Shown here in pieces: positions 13,269-25,070 of a stretch of 57,124 bases of DNA. Below the pieces are notes generated by a model, which worked only from the letters and a program-made list of their open reading frames with translations, was not told the DNA's origin and did not search any database. Origin of the DNA: Girardia tigrina (taxonomy: Eukaryota); contig MQRK01247653.1 of the NCBI GenBank assembly GCA_001938485.1, forward strand, positions 1 through 57,124, in the 5' to 3' direction. Position 1 is the stretch's first letter. Each line of letters starts with the position of its first letter. Position numbers and translations under genes: made by a program.

Positions 13269-14369
13269 TTAATGGATGAGTGTTGTTATTAAAAGAAGAT
13301 TTTCATCCGGACTTCGTTTTATCAATATTTTTATCATTAAAATTTCTTCATTTGTGTAATATGGAACTAAGTATTAAGAAACTGCGATCAACATTGTCTG
13401 AAGTGGGTTGAAATTTAATTAAAAGACCATAAATTGAGGGGTTGAGATTAGGGTTTGACATATTTTTTATTGCTAAAATATCATTATTTTGAAGTCTTGG
13501 TTCCACATAATCTTTAATTTTGCACTCAGCCTCTCCAAAATTGAGATATGTAAGCATTCTTAATGCTACCTCAATTGTGTATTGACTAGCTTAAATTAAT
13601 TAGAAATTAATTAACTTTAAAATAACTAATGAAAAAATACATTACTCAAAAATTTAAAACTCTGTCTACTTTAAAATAAATATTTAAACAAAATTTAAAT
13701 ATTGAATTTAAATAAAAGATTTGAAATTCAATAAATTTATGATGAATTCAATTTATATTTGATTTAAGAACCTACGAAATCAATTATAATTTGACTTCAT
13801 CATAAAATTTTGATTTTTTTTGATTTTATCATAAACATTTTTACTTTATTGACCTAAAAAAATCTTTCATCCATTTCTTCTCAAAGCACTCCTATTTAAA
13901 TTACATTTCCATTAATTTTAAATAGAAAATTTTTTTTGACACTTTTTGACTTAGGTCACCCTCAATGAATCATTTAAAAACCCTCAACAAAGTTGTCGAG
14001 AGAGCATTTTGAACGTTAATTTGAGGATCCAAAGATCTCATATATAACGCTTCACGCGAATCACTGCGTAAACCTTTCGGCGTTTTTAAATTTAATGTTA
14101 AAAATACTGTTTTAAATTTAAGTAACATTACATTATCTGACGATTAATTAAACTTAGTAAAAAGAAAATTAATAAATTTATATTTTAACCGCACCTTATT
14201 CAAAGATTTTAAAACATTTAAAAATTCTATTTTAAAAGCAGTAAATAACACATTTACTGCTTTTAAAATTTTGATATTTACTGCTGCGGCACGCCAGCGA
14301 CGGGGAGCAGGCATCCGGTCGGGGGGTCACATTTAAAATTTTTACCTCGAGACTCAGGTTGATTACGAT

Positions 14370-15056
14370 CGGGAGAATGGCCATAAATATTAGAGATGAT
14401 TCGGCCTTCGAAGAGTTTCCAAGATGGTTTCCATTTTCATCAGTCACTGAAATACTAGTACTGATCTCATAAGATCTCATACAAGGTATGTTGACACAAT
14501 TAGCTGTTACCACAGCCACAAAAGGAACAAGATGTCCAACCAAAAGAGGTAGATTCGCTTCTTGTTTGTTGATAAGCAAAGTTGTGGATACATCACCTGA
14601 TGTCTCTAACACATAAGACGTTTCTAGCCTCAAATTTGATATTTGACTGTCGCCGCTTCTGTTTGTGTAATTGACTACAGCATTAAACGTTTGATCAATC
14701 CATTGCCAAAATAGAACACCCGGCCAAGTCTTATAAAATTGAAGCATTCCTCCANNNNNNNNNNNNNNNNNNNGAACCTGGAACGACATTCGTCCAAAGA
14801 GAATCATCTTTTCTCCCGTTTCTGGATGGAATGCCGAATCATAGATCTGTTTGGCTTTCCACAATTGATCCTCTGTCAGATCACCGTTCACTTTGCCTTG
14901 TCGATAATTAACAACGATTTCTTTTGCTTTCTCGAGCTCTTGTGACGATTTAAAAATATTCAAAGGATTTGCGGTTATTAAGAAATGTTCTGCTCGACTT
15001 AAATACGCGCTTTGATCGCATCTCGGTTTCTCAATATTCACCTTCAACGGATTCAT
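14370..15056 (-). pseudogene. SFXN: Sideroflexin (SFXN) copy, intronless and 3'-truncated
   Basis: 'KPR.DQS.YL.RAEHF...NPLN', 'LWKAKQIYDSAFHPETGEKMILFGRMSFQV', 'FWQW..QTFNAVVNYTNRSG', 'VPFVAV..ANCVNIPCMR'. Substitutions at usually conserved positions, an apparent internal deletion before 'IFMA', and loss of the C-terminal third. Confidence 0.88.
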
Positions 15057-15304
15057 TTAAAAAATTTAAAAACTCTCAAACTCCGCAAAAGTTTTAAAAA
15101 AAATGTCGGATCAAAAATTCAAAAAATTTTTCCCGCTCAAACTTTATTAATCAAAATTAAATGATTAAAATAAAAAAAAACACCGAATTAAATCGAATAT
15201 TCTTCGGTAAACAAGAATTCGAAAAAAAAAAAGATTTCTTGTTAAAAAAGAAAAAATGCCATTCTCAGATTGGCCGATCTATTTTTAGATCGGCCAATCA
15301 TGTG

Positions 15305-16530
15305 TCATCTATTTATAGATGAAGAAAATCCTTTCTGACTGGTGACAACCATGAATAGAATGAGAACTTCGTTCAAAAGAGGAATTGGTCTCTGAATCGG
15401 CCTTTTCGATAAAATGTCTCGGATTTCAACCAGATACTCATAACAAGAGGAACCCTTTTTGTACCTTTCTTCTCGAGATAATCCACATATGCAGTCGGAC
15501 AAGATAAATTTTGCTTAATTAATGAAGAAAAGCTTTTAAAAATAATTTTCAAAATCTGACAAGCTGATTCGGCATAACTATCATATTTACTGTTGTATAA
15601 TTGAACTAGTTGGGGTAATAACAACAACGCCGTGTCCAAAGTGAAAAGATGATTGTTTTGATTCAAAACTGAAAGGAGATCAACGAAAACTGCATTATCA
15701 TTTATTCTGATAGCAGCATCTATAGCGATACTGATATTATTTGGAATCAAAAATGTGCGAATTTGTGTAAGATATTTTTGTCTGTGTTGAAGGACATTGA
15801 TTACATTTTTATGTACCATCTGTAATTTCTGAACGGTTTCTTCATCATCGCTACTTGTACCAGCATTCCCAACATTAATTGGTTTGTTTTCACTAGGAGA
15901 TATTTTTGTTTCTTTTTTAATTGGAACATTCTGTGGTTTGCTAATTGAATCTTGGATGACAGATTCTATATTTTCAGGATATGCCGAATTATTTACGGCA
16001 ATTTCTGTATTTAAGGCGTTATTTGGTGGAAGTTTGAGTTGATTATAAGCAACAGGCTTTTGTTTATCTTCATATGCATTTAGAAATTGATTTTTGCCAT
16101 CGAAAGCCGGAGAGTAGGATAATTTATAACTTTTATTGAAGATTTTGTTATATTCTTCTTCATCTTGTATTTCAATAGATGCTTTTTCTTCTTGAGGCTC
16201 AATTGACGGTTGCTTCACGGTGAGTTTGGAGTGTTCTTTAGGCAGATAGACTTTAGTTACTTCTGGATCGACGCAAAAAGATTTTCTAGCAACTGAACCA
16301 CGCCCAGTAAATGGACGTTAATGAGGATGTTTATCATCCATTTGATCTACTTCTAGGAATGGTGCACAAAGACTGATATTGACTATAAAAGTTATTAAGG
16401 TAGACTGAACCGCTGACACTCCAATTAACTGATTAAAATCTGGAGACAAAACCATGGTCTGGAAACCATTTTGCCACCCGACATGAACTGATTCCAAATG
16501 AGAAAGTGGTTCTGCGTTGTAAATTAATTT
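15305..16530 (-). pseudogene. KATNB1: Katanin p80 (KATNB1) fragment: last WD40 blade, linker and con80 domain, disrupted
   Basis: 'YNAEP..LESVHVGW..NQLIGVSAVQSTL', 'EIQDEEEYNKIF', 'H..VINVLQHRQKYL..AID.A..IND.AVFVDLL..TLD..LLLPQL..SKYDSY', 'LSREERYKK..CY..L'. In-frame stop at 16318-16320 and a frameshift near 15480. Confidence 0.85.
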
Positions 16531-17069
16531 ATGAAATTCTTCAGCTGAAACTATTTCAGAATCCCGAAAATGATTTTTTTGAGATAATATTGGATATTGG
16601 ACGCTGACATTAATTTGGGATGATAAGAAAGGCTTTGTAGTTGAGAGAGACATTGTAGTATCACTTGTCTGTAAACATATCGCAAAAGTTATTCTGGATG
16701 TAGGTGCTATTGTTACTACACAATCGGATGATGGTGATGNNNNNNNNNNNNNNNNNNNNNNNNNNNNNNNNNNNNNNNNNNNNNNNNGGAAGACTCCCGA
16801 ATATCAATTCAACCAAACATTGAACACCTCGGATTCAATCGCTCACTCCGCACGGAATCGATCGCCGCTCCGCACACCCGCACCTCTCGACAAATGTTTG
16901 AGTCCTCGCGCAGATTTCCGAAAGAAAATCATCCTATCGACACAACCAATCGATCCGTCAAACGAACTGACAGAGCCTTCACAATCGAAATAACGGAGCG
17001 GCGCAACACCGACGAGAAACACAAGAACTCGACAATCGCTCAAAACCACCTTCCAGGTGCTCTAAATCA

Positions 17070-17975
17070 TTCTTTTATCGTGCAACACCAAGCATTAGCC
17101 TGTAATGTCCATGTTATTGACAATTAGGTCTTGATAGTTCTTCGAATTTAAATTTCCGTTTATCCGTTTTAAGATACCAACATCAAATCTGGAGAAACAT
17201 CCCCATACATGAACTTGGGCACCGTGTTGGAGGACCTTATTAGTACAAATGTGACTAAGCCTTTCATTGTCAAACCTTCTAACGATTTCGTTACGAGTGT
17301 GGCTATATGTGCGGAATATAGATTCATCGCTAAAAACTACATTCGACCTCTTATCGATGTCCCAATTTTGTTTATCCCGAGCCCATTCAACTCTTCTTTT
17401 TCGTTGCTTTCCATTCAATAAAGGCTTGCAAACAGCAAAATGACTTTTTAAGCCGTACTTTATCAGAATTCTATTCACTGTACTTCGTGATGCATGTATC
17501 ATTCCTGCTACATTGAAAGCTCCTGTTATTTTACTTATCGACATGCGCCTATTTTTCAAGCATATACGACGAATAATTCTTTCAGAACGTTTTGGTAATT
17601 TTGAAGGTCGTCCACTACGTTTTTTATCTTCATATGTACCTAATGTCTTGAACTTATGTACAATTTTTTGAATGCCCGCTTTGAAACAATAATGCCATGT
17701 CTAACCTTCATAATTTCTTGTATCCGACCCGTTGAATGACCCTCGTTCATTAATTCTACAATAATAATCCTAAACCTTATATCTATATTTCGCGTTGTCA
17801 TGGAATCTAAAAGATAGACATTTAATTAATTCATCTTAAAAAAAGATGGTCTTGATATTTCAATTTTAAATTTACTAAAATTATTTAAATTAAAGCATTT
17901 GAAGAAATTAAAAAATTTAATAAATAGCATAAATCAAAATTTCAATGGGTGCGAACAGACTTTTGGAACGCACTG
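17070..17975 (-). mobile_element. Tc1-like transposon, 3'-truncated
   Basis: End CAGTGCGTTCCAAAAGT at 17975 next to TA. Motifs GRP, KPLL..R..WA, VVFSDES, VWGCFS. Confidence 0.9.
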
Positions 17976-17977
17976 TA

Positions 17978-18460
17978 TATATCCATGGAATTTAGAAACC
18001 TATTTTTGAAGGCCTTTACCAAATCAATTTTCTAAAAACTTTGCACATTTACTCATTTTTGATGACAATAAATGATAATGTGAAAATTCGATCAAAAAAG
18101 TTTTTTAAGGTCTTAGAATTGAAACAAATAGTCCATTCAGATCTCTTGAACAAAATTTTAAGTAATTTATATTACGCAAAAAATAATTGAAAAATAAATA
18201 AAGTCCAGTAATCCGATTTGAAGTCTAACTAGTAAATAAAAAAAAAATATATCCATACTTTAAGCGGGCGGAACTTTACTTGGCCAACAGAATTTTTTAA
18301 TTTTTTTAGTGTTTTTTGAAAATATTTTTTTATTAAAATTTTGTTGGCTAAGTAGAGTTCTGTCTGCAAAAAGAATGGATATAATTTTTTTTATTTACTA
18401 GTTAGAACTATCTTTCAAAAGTTTATTATCCACTTTTCCTTTAATAACTTTCCATGAAAG
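17978..18460. repeat. Non-coding dispersed repeat (MITE-like) with long internal hairpin; related copy at ~26437-27240
   Basis: Both copies start TATATCCATGGAATTTAGAAACCTATTTTTGAAG and share AGTTCTGTCTGCA..ATGGATATAA. 18226-18298 is an imperfect inverted repeat of 18335-18405. Confidence 0.7.
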
Positions 18461-18625
18461 GATTTTAGAATAAACCTTTTCTTATTTTATAGAAATTGTT
18501 GAAAAATATTATATAAAGTGACTATGAAAAGAAAATTTAGAAATAGCCTTTTAATGGTGAATTTTACGTAATATAGAAGAATTATCGATTATTGATGTAC
18601 ATTTATAACGTATAATTTAAATCAG

Positions 18626-18837
18626 ATGGGAGAAATCCGTTTTGATCTTTACCACGATGCCAAAACAGTATTGGATAAAATAGTGAAAAGATTTGGGACA
18701 TTTGATGAATACATACTGAAAAGTTTAGGCAGACGTCTATGTCTGGAAAATGTGAAGGTACGAGTGGAGAAATATTTGGAAGAAAGGAAACTTCAAGATA
18801 TCGTATCGATCAGTTATGTGAGAAATATCTCGTGCAG
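18626..18837 (+). CDS. MATCAP-like exon 2
   Basis: Acceptor AATCAG ending 18625, donor GTAGCC at 18838. Reads 'AKTVLDKIVKRFGTFDEY...VEKYLEE'. Confidence 0.85.
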
Positions 18838-18900
18838 GTAGCCTTACCATTTCTGATAGCGTCAATCTGTCCTCTACATCATTCTCGTTCGATATTTCAG

Positions 18901-19051
18901 TGCTAAACTCAACTCAACTGGGTTCAGCCGCTGTCTTAATAAACCCGAGTTCCGACGCTACAATCTCTTGATCAATATCAGGTCTGATAATATCTATTTA
19001 CGCGAGAAGGGCATCGAATGCCTGCTGGACCATGAGCTCGGCACTCACTTC
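18901..19051 (+). CDS. MATCAP-like exon 3 (contains the HELGTH zinc motif)
   Basis: Acceptor TTTCAG ending 18900. Reads 'LREKGIECLLDHELGTHF'. Donor GTAAGG at 19052. Confidence 0.9.
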
Positions 19052-19813
19052 GTAAGGATTGATTCACAATTTCTATTGAGTTATATTATTAAATATTAAC
19101 ATTTAATTAAATTCAATTTTTTATTTTTGTAGCACATTTTTTATAGATTCATTATATTTTAAATCAATATTTACTACGTGTATTAATTGTAATTAATTAG
19201 TAATTGATTAACAATTAAGTTTTTTAACATTAGTTTTTTTTGAAATTGATATTTTAATAGTGCAATATTTTTTATTTTAATAATATTTAACTTTTTTATT
19301 TTATCATAATGAGTTATAATGAATTGTAGTGTATTTTTGTAGTAGTTGGTTTTTATTTCATTCAATTCATTTGATGTTCGATAATGATTTTCTGTGTTTG
19401 TATTTTCGTTGACTAATAATTAGTGTTCATCACAAGAAGACTGTTAGGTTCGGGAATATTTTCTGATGAGAATTCAGATAAAGACAATTTTTGAAACTTG
19501 TTTAATAACAAAAATTGGTGACAGAGCGGGCACAGTGGTTTCGTGGCCTCGGCGCGTTGATGTTGGGAGACGGATTACGGGTAGCAGATATTTGTTCGTG
19601 ATAAGGAACAAATTATGATCTCACCTAATCATTTTTTTTCTCTTCGGCCATCCGGTTCGCTGTTGTCGGTTTTCTCGGTGACCTAATCAGTAAATCTTGC
19701 TTTTTCCGGAAAGACGAATCTCTAGGCAATATCGATTCACGTTATTTGCAATGGAGACGTAACTTATGACCGGTTCTGATTCCGTTTGGCCTTCCTCTTG
19801 TCATTTCGACATA

Positions 19814-21151
19814 CAGTTAGGTGCAAAAGTTTGTGAACGCTTGTTTCTATACTGCTTTTTGTTGTTGCACTGCATGTTTGTGTATTCCTTGTTAAGTAGA
19901 CATAAATCATTTAAATAATTAAATGAATATTTCATTTTTATTACTTTTTAAGTTATAAATTGTTATTATTTATTTTAGAATCATGCCTGTCCGCGGCAAG
20001 GAGCTAACAACAGAACAGCGTGCAGAAGTTTTAGCATTGCAGAAGCACGGCGTTTGTTATCGACAAATAGCTACAACTCTTAATGTTTCTCTTTGAGTTG
20101 CGTGTCAGACTGTTCAGAGAAAAAGGAAGACTGGTTCCTTAGGTTCAAGATCTCGATCTGGTCGTCCAAGGTCAACCAGTCAAAGAGACGACAGAAAAAA
20201 TTTACAGTAGTTTAAAAGAACCCCTCATGTTACATCAGTACAACTTCGCAGTAGGCTGTCACAGCACTTGCAAACCGTCAGCAAATGGTTAATCCGTCAC
20301 AGATTAGCAGATGGAGGTCTCAGGTCCTCAAAGCCAGCCAAAAAACAACTGCTATCTGCAAAAATATTTCAGATCGTTTTGCCTTCTTCAAGCGTTATGA
20401 GCATTGGACTGACGAGCAGTGGGACTGCGTGTTATTTAGTGACGAGACAACCATATCACAGTTTCCTAGTACCTCTGGTAATGTTTGGCGACCTCAAAAT
20501 AAACGTTTTAATCCTCAGTATCTAGTATCTAAAAATTGATGATTTGGAGTGCTATTTCATCGCGTGGTCATGCAGGACTGTGGTTCATGCCAAAGGGAAC
20601 CATCATAAATGGTACAGTTTATTTAGAAATCTTAAAGGAAAAGTTGCCACCATTTATGGAGTTACACAGAACGACCTTCTTTCAGCATGATGGAGCACCT
20701 TGCCACAATTTCAAGGCTGTTCGAGAGTGCATAGCGCAGTCAGGCTTCCAAATTCTTGGTCTTTGGCCAGGCAACTCATCGGATCTCAATCGGATTGAGA
20801 ATGTCTGGACCCAGGTGAAGAAACAGGGTGCTGTCATGTAAACGAATTCCCTGCGGGACATGATCAAAGCAGTGAAAACTGTTTGAACTCAAAAAGTGTC
20901 ACCAGACTTTTGTAAAAAATTATGCCGTTCGATTACTCTGTTCTCAAAAATAAGGGTAAACACACAAAATACTAAATATACACTGTTTTTCGTGGTTTAT
21001 GTGCCAGTTATGACAAGTTTTGTTAAATTTGTGTCTTATTATAATGTTCTAATAACATCTTTGTATTTTAGTGTGCTTTTGTCAATATAATTGCAGTTGG
21101 GTGCAAAAGACAATTTAACAACAAGCGTTCACAAACTTTTTCACCTGACTG
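19814..21151 (+). mobile_element. Full-length but mutated Tc1-like transposon (1338 bp)
   Basis: TIRs CAGTTAGGTGCAAAAGTTTGTGAACGCTTGTT / AACAAGCGTTCACAAACTTTTTCACCTGACTG with TA TSD. Motifs SGRP, VLFSDET, FQHDGAPCH, WPGNSSDLNRIENVW, with stops and frameshifts. Confidence 0.95.
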
Positions 21152-22369
21152 TATAAGTTTAAATTATCACTTTTGTAATTTTCATGGAAAACCAAAACAT
21201 CCTTTAGCGGAATCATCAAGATATAAATCGATCCATCAATGCATCCGACAGCGATTGATTCGTCAACGGTGTGAATAATTTTCATGTGGCAGACCTCACA
21301 ATCTTTTTTCAACAAAAAATTTTCCATTAAATATTTTCGACCACAACAATATCAACATTCACACCGAATACCGTAATTATTACATTAAGTCTCTTAAGCA
21401 ATTTTCCTTTTGAAAATTTCAGAGTTTCTTTCAACATTCATTCGACTGATTCGTGTTCAGCAACTCTAATTTTACTTGGCATAATCGAATTCAAAAGGAA
21501 ACTTTACAAATCAACAAAACTGGAATTAAATTTTTATGTTTTTCCCAAATTTTTACAAACTTTCTCCATCAAAATTTCATTTTCACAAAATAACTTATCA
21601 AACTTTTCTCAATTCTTTCACCGAATAAACAAATAATCGAACACCAATTTCCTTTTCCAATAATTTTTTATTTAACGAACGTTTCAATCTTTCAGACTTT
21701 TCAACAATCAAGACTTTCTTTTTATTTATTTTTCCTCAGTAACGATTATCAACAAATTTCACAAAAATATCATCGACAACTTTCTCATCAAATTTCCACA
21801 GATAATTCAACAATTTGAACCTTTTCTATCTGAACTCAAATGGAATTAGGGCTTGCAAATGTTGGATAAAACCAGTTTCGTGAAAAACCGGAAACCGGTT
21901 TTTAAAAATTAATATATATGACCATTGTACAATTTTTTTACCAGAATTTGGAAACAATAATTGAAACAAAATCTATTAAGCTTTATGTCTATATTTGTCT
22001 TTGTCCGTATAAATAAGTTTATCGATATATGGATCTAAAGCACATATTTCCGCACACACTATTCTTGTTTTATATTTTTTGCATCAAATCGCCACCTTAA
22101 ATCGAGACCTAAAGATCGAATTAATTCAATTCCGAAGATTATAGATGGAAAAACTGTTTTCGCAATATAAAAGACTGGATATAGTGTTAAATTTTGAAAN
22201 NNNNNNNNNNNNNNNNNNNNNNNNNNNNNNNNNNNNNNNNNNNNNNNNNNNNNNNNNNNNNNNNNNNNNNNNNNNNNNNNNNNNNNNNNNNNNNNNNNNN
22301 NNNNNNNNNNNNNNNNNNNNNNNNNNNNNNNNNNNNNNNNNNNNNNNNNNNNNNNNNNNNNNNNNNNNN

Positions 22370-24006
22370 CCTATAACTGTCAACATACTCGGTCTTCCAT
22401 TAAAAATCTCATTGTCTATTTTACCTTCTGCATCCATAACAAATTCCATTGTCTCCTCAATATAGTATTCATTCTGTGTTCTATTACCAATATACTCTTT
22501 TGAATTTATTATATTATGACTACTATTTACACTACAAATATTATTTTGATAATTAATATTATTATTAACATTACTATTATTATAAATATGATTATTAAAA
22601 TTATTATTNNNNNNNNNNNNNNNNNNNNNNNNNNNNNNNNNNNNNNNNNNNNNNNNNNTACTATTATTATAAATATGATTATTAAAATTATTATTACTAC
22701 ATTTACAATTATATATATTACAAATATAAGGATCCTGAATATTATTACCTTTTAATGTATGGCCCCAATCATCTCCTTACCTGACGGAGCCTCGAAATTT
22801 GACGCCTTCTCTGCATCATATCCCGTCGATCGTGTTTCATCCGTTTCGTCAATTCCGGCCATTGGATGTCGATATTGATTTCCTCGTCGGTTATACTGGA
22901 TCTTGTTTTGGTGACTGGGTTGTCTTTTTTCGTCTTTCTTGAAGCATTGATATCCGAGGTGACCTTGAGCTCCACACACTGAACATTTTAAATATGGACA
23001 CTCACTTCTAACGTGTCCAGACCCTCTACATCCAAAACAACTTTTCGAATTTTCCGGACATGTACGACGAATATGTCCCAACTTTTTGCATCCATAGCAC
23101 ATCACATTGGAATAATCCATGTTTTATGTTTGTTGTCTCAAATATCCCATCATTGTCCGTCTGTTATAGTCATTGGTTTGAATATTTCTTCGTTGATGTT
23201 GTTGTTGAAAATTATTTGTGAATTCCGTTCGTTCTTTCAATGTATCGGCATATGTTTTTCGTCTGTAGATATTGGCGACTTCAACTGCTTGGATTTCTGT
23301 TTTAATAATATCCATCTTCTCTATAACTGCTTTGATTGAATCTTGAGATTTAGCTTCTTGAAGATAAATTTGAGTTTTGACACTGACATCTTCTATACAG
23401 TGAGTTAAAAAATATGCCATTAGCTCCGGTTTATTCCATTTGTGGAATAAAACTTTATCTACCATCTTCTCGATTTTGTTGACATATGAATTTGCTGTTT
23501 CGGTTCCTTTTCTGTAATTCATGAGCTCCTGCAAATCTTGAATTAATGATGTTGGGCGTTTGAATGCCTTCCGTAACCGATCCGCGAAATTCGTGATTTT
23601 CTCATCTACTGCTTCATAAGTAGATATTAAATCTTTATTGATGAATGCTTTGACGAATAACGATTGAATTCCTTCCTGAATTTGCGAAACTTGAAAGAAC
23701 CTGTTGCAGTCGGTAATGAACTGCTCCAAATCATTGTGTCCATCGAATATTGTTGGCGCCAAATTGTTGATAGCATTTGGTGTGGTCGCCATATAAGAAT
23801 TTTCCATAATAACAGTCAAAGAAAATAGATAATGTTTATTTTTAAGACAAAATCAAATAATGTGCGTCTAAAATTAATTACACTGATTGATTTAAACAAT
23901 CTCAGGAGTTTTTATATATTCAGGATCCTTTGATATAATATGATATTGCTATAAATAATTATATGTATTTTAATTTATAAATATATAGTTATTAATTATT
24001 CTCACA
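22370..24006 (-). mobile_element. Gypsy-type LTR retrotransposon 5' part: gag with three CCHC zinc knuckles and start of pol
   Basis: ORFs 23819-23124 and 23120-22752 are in one frame split by a single TAA. Knuckles CYGCKKLGHIRRTC, CFGCRGSGHVRSEC, CSVCGAQGHLGYQC. Minus strand begins TGTGAG at 24006. Confidence 0.85.
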
Positions 24007-24087
24007 TGAATAATTCAGTTAAAAAGGATAGATAACAAAATAAAAATACTATTTTACCAATAAAAAAATACAAATACCACAAAAACT

Positions 24088-25070
24088 TTATTTATTTTTC
24101 GATTCTAGAAAATGCGATCTCATTAAACATAACATATTTATCGTGTCGTCACCTAGACATGATCGAATTTTTTTACATATATTTCCTGCCGCCGAAAACG
24201 CTCTTTCTGCTTCGACGCTTGTCGATGGAATAGATAGAAGAAAATTATACACTCTCTCAAGTTCCGGGCCTCTAACCCCATCCGATTCGAACTGGGTCAA
24301 CTCCCGGCGAACTTTAGTGTTTAGACTAGGAACATTTTTGTTTTCTTTCTGTGGTTGAACCGCTAATTGATGGTCAATAGCTTTTTGTAACAATTTTTTC
24401 ATCACATCCACCGTTGGTGGTTCACATATTTTTTCTACAGATTTGAATAGTAATTGTTCATCTTCCACTTCCATAATATCGCCATATCTTGATGAGATTT
24501 CTTCATGATTCGATTTATTAATCGTTCTATTAAGAATTTGAACAATAAGTTTAAGAATCGATGCTTTTGAAAGTTCGGTGAAAATATCATCATGTGAATT
24601 ATTTTCGGAATCGACAACCTAGTATTTGTTATGAAGATACTGAAGTAAGCGAGATAAATCTGTTCGCCTTTCATTAAATCGATATAATAGTTCCATTTTC
24701 ATATCAAATGTCAGCTGGCCCCTACTTTTGTCCAAATGTGAAAGTATAAATTTGAAAGTCGCATCTGTAGTCAAAAGGTTTGCATCTTGCTGTAAAGTGA
24801 CTCGATTCCCAATTTTATATGTAATAGAACAGCAATAGTTCCTGATAGAAGTTTAATTTCAGCATCTGAAAAAGAATATGATGATTTCATATCGATTAAC
24901 GATTTTTGAACGCATATTTGTAATTCATAAAAATGCCCCAACAAAAAGAGTAAACTGTCCCATCGCGTCTTAGTGTCCAAGTCTATTTTTTTCCAAATTC
25001 TGATACAATATATTTTTGGAGAATATCGTCATTTTTCATTGGTGAATTTCGAAAAAGTTTTACAACTGTA
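24088..25070 (-). mobile_element. hAT transposase remnant (C-terminal half); hAT-type terminus TAGGGCTTGCAAA at 21847 may belong to it
   Basis: 'DTKTRWDSL' and 'LLSIPSTSVEAERAFSAAG..KIRSCLGDDTINMLCLMRSHF'. Confidence 0.9.

Larger units (their letters stand above)
11775..13290 (+). mobile_element. Penelope-like retroelement remnant (GIY-YIG endonuclease) bracketed by inverted pLTR copies, interrupted by a ~640-bp AT-rich insert (~12355-13000)
   Basis: 'IVYEYKCNGCDATITGETARH', 'RIQEHSRK..SNIAEH..C..NFDNFKI' and C-terminal 'CEALLI..PKINVQSAVSTSLFRIYD*' (stop 13157). 11775-11900 is the reverse complement of ~13165-13290. Confidence 0.85.

Noticed and set aside
16790-17060. Possible upstream KATNB1 WD40 sequence ('LRYFDCEGSVSSFDGSIG')
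   Set aside because: Resemblance is too weak, and the segment is separated by a gap and non-matching sequence.
19520-19600. tRNA-like or SINE head (GGGCACAGTGGTTTCGTGG)
   Set aside because: No B box or T arm; better explained as part of the antisense coding relic.
22126-22755. ORFs spanning N runs (also 38261-38587, 42107-42425, 56068-56785)
   Set aside because: Artefacts of assembly gaps and low-complexity sequence.
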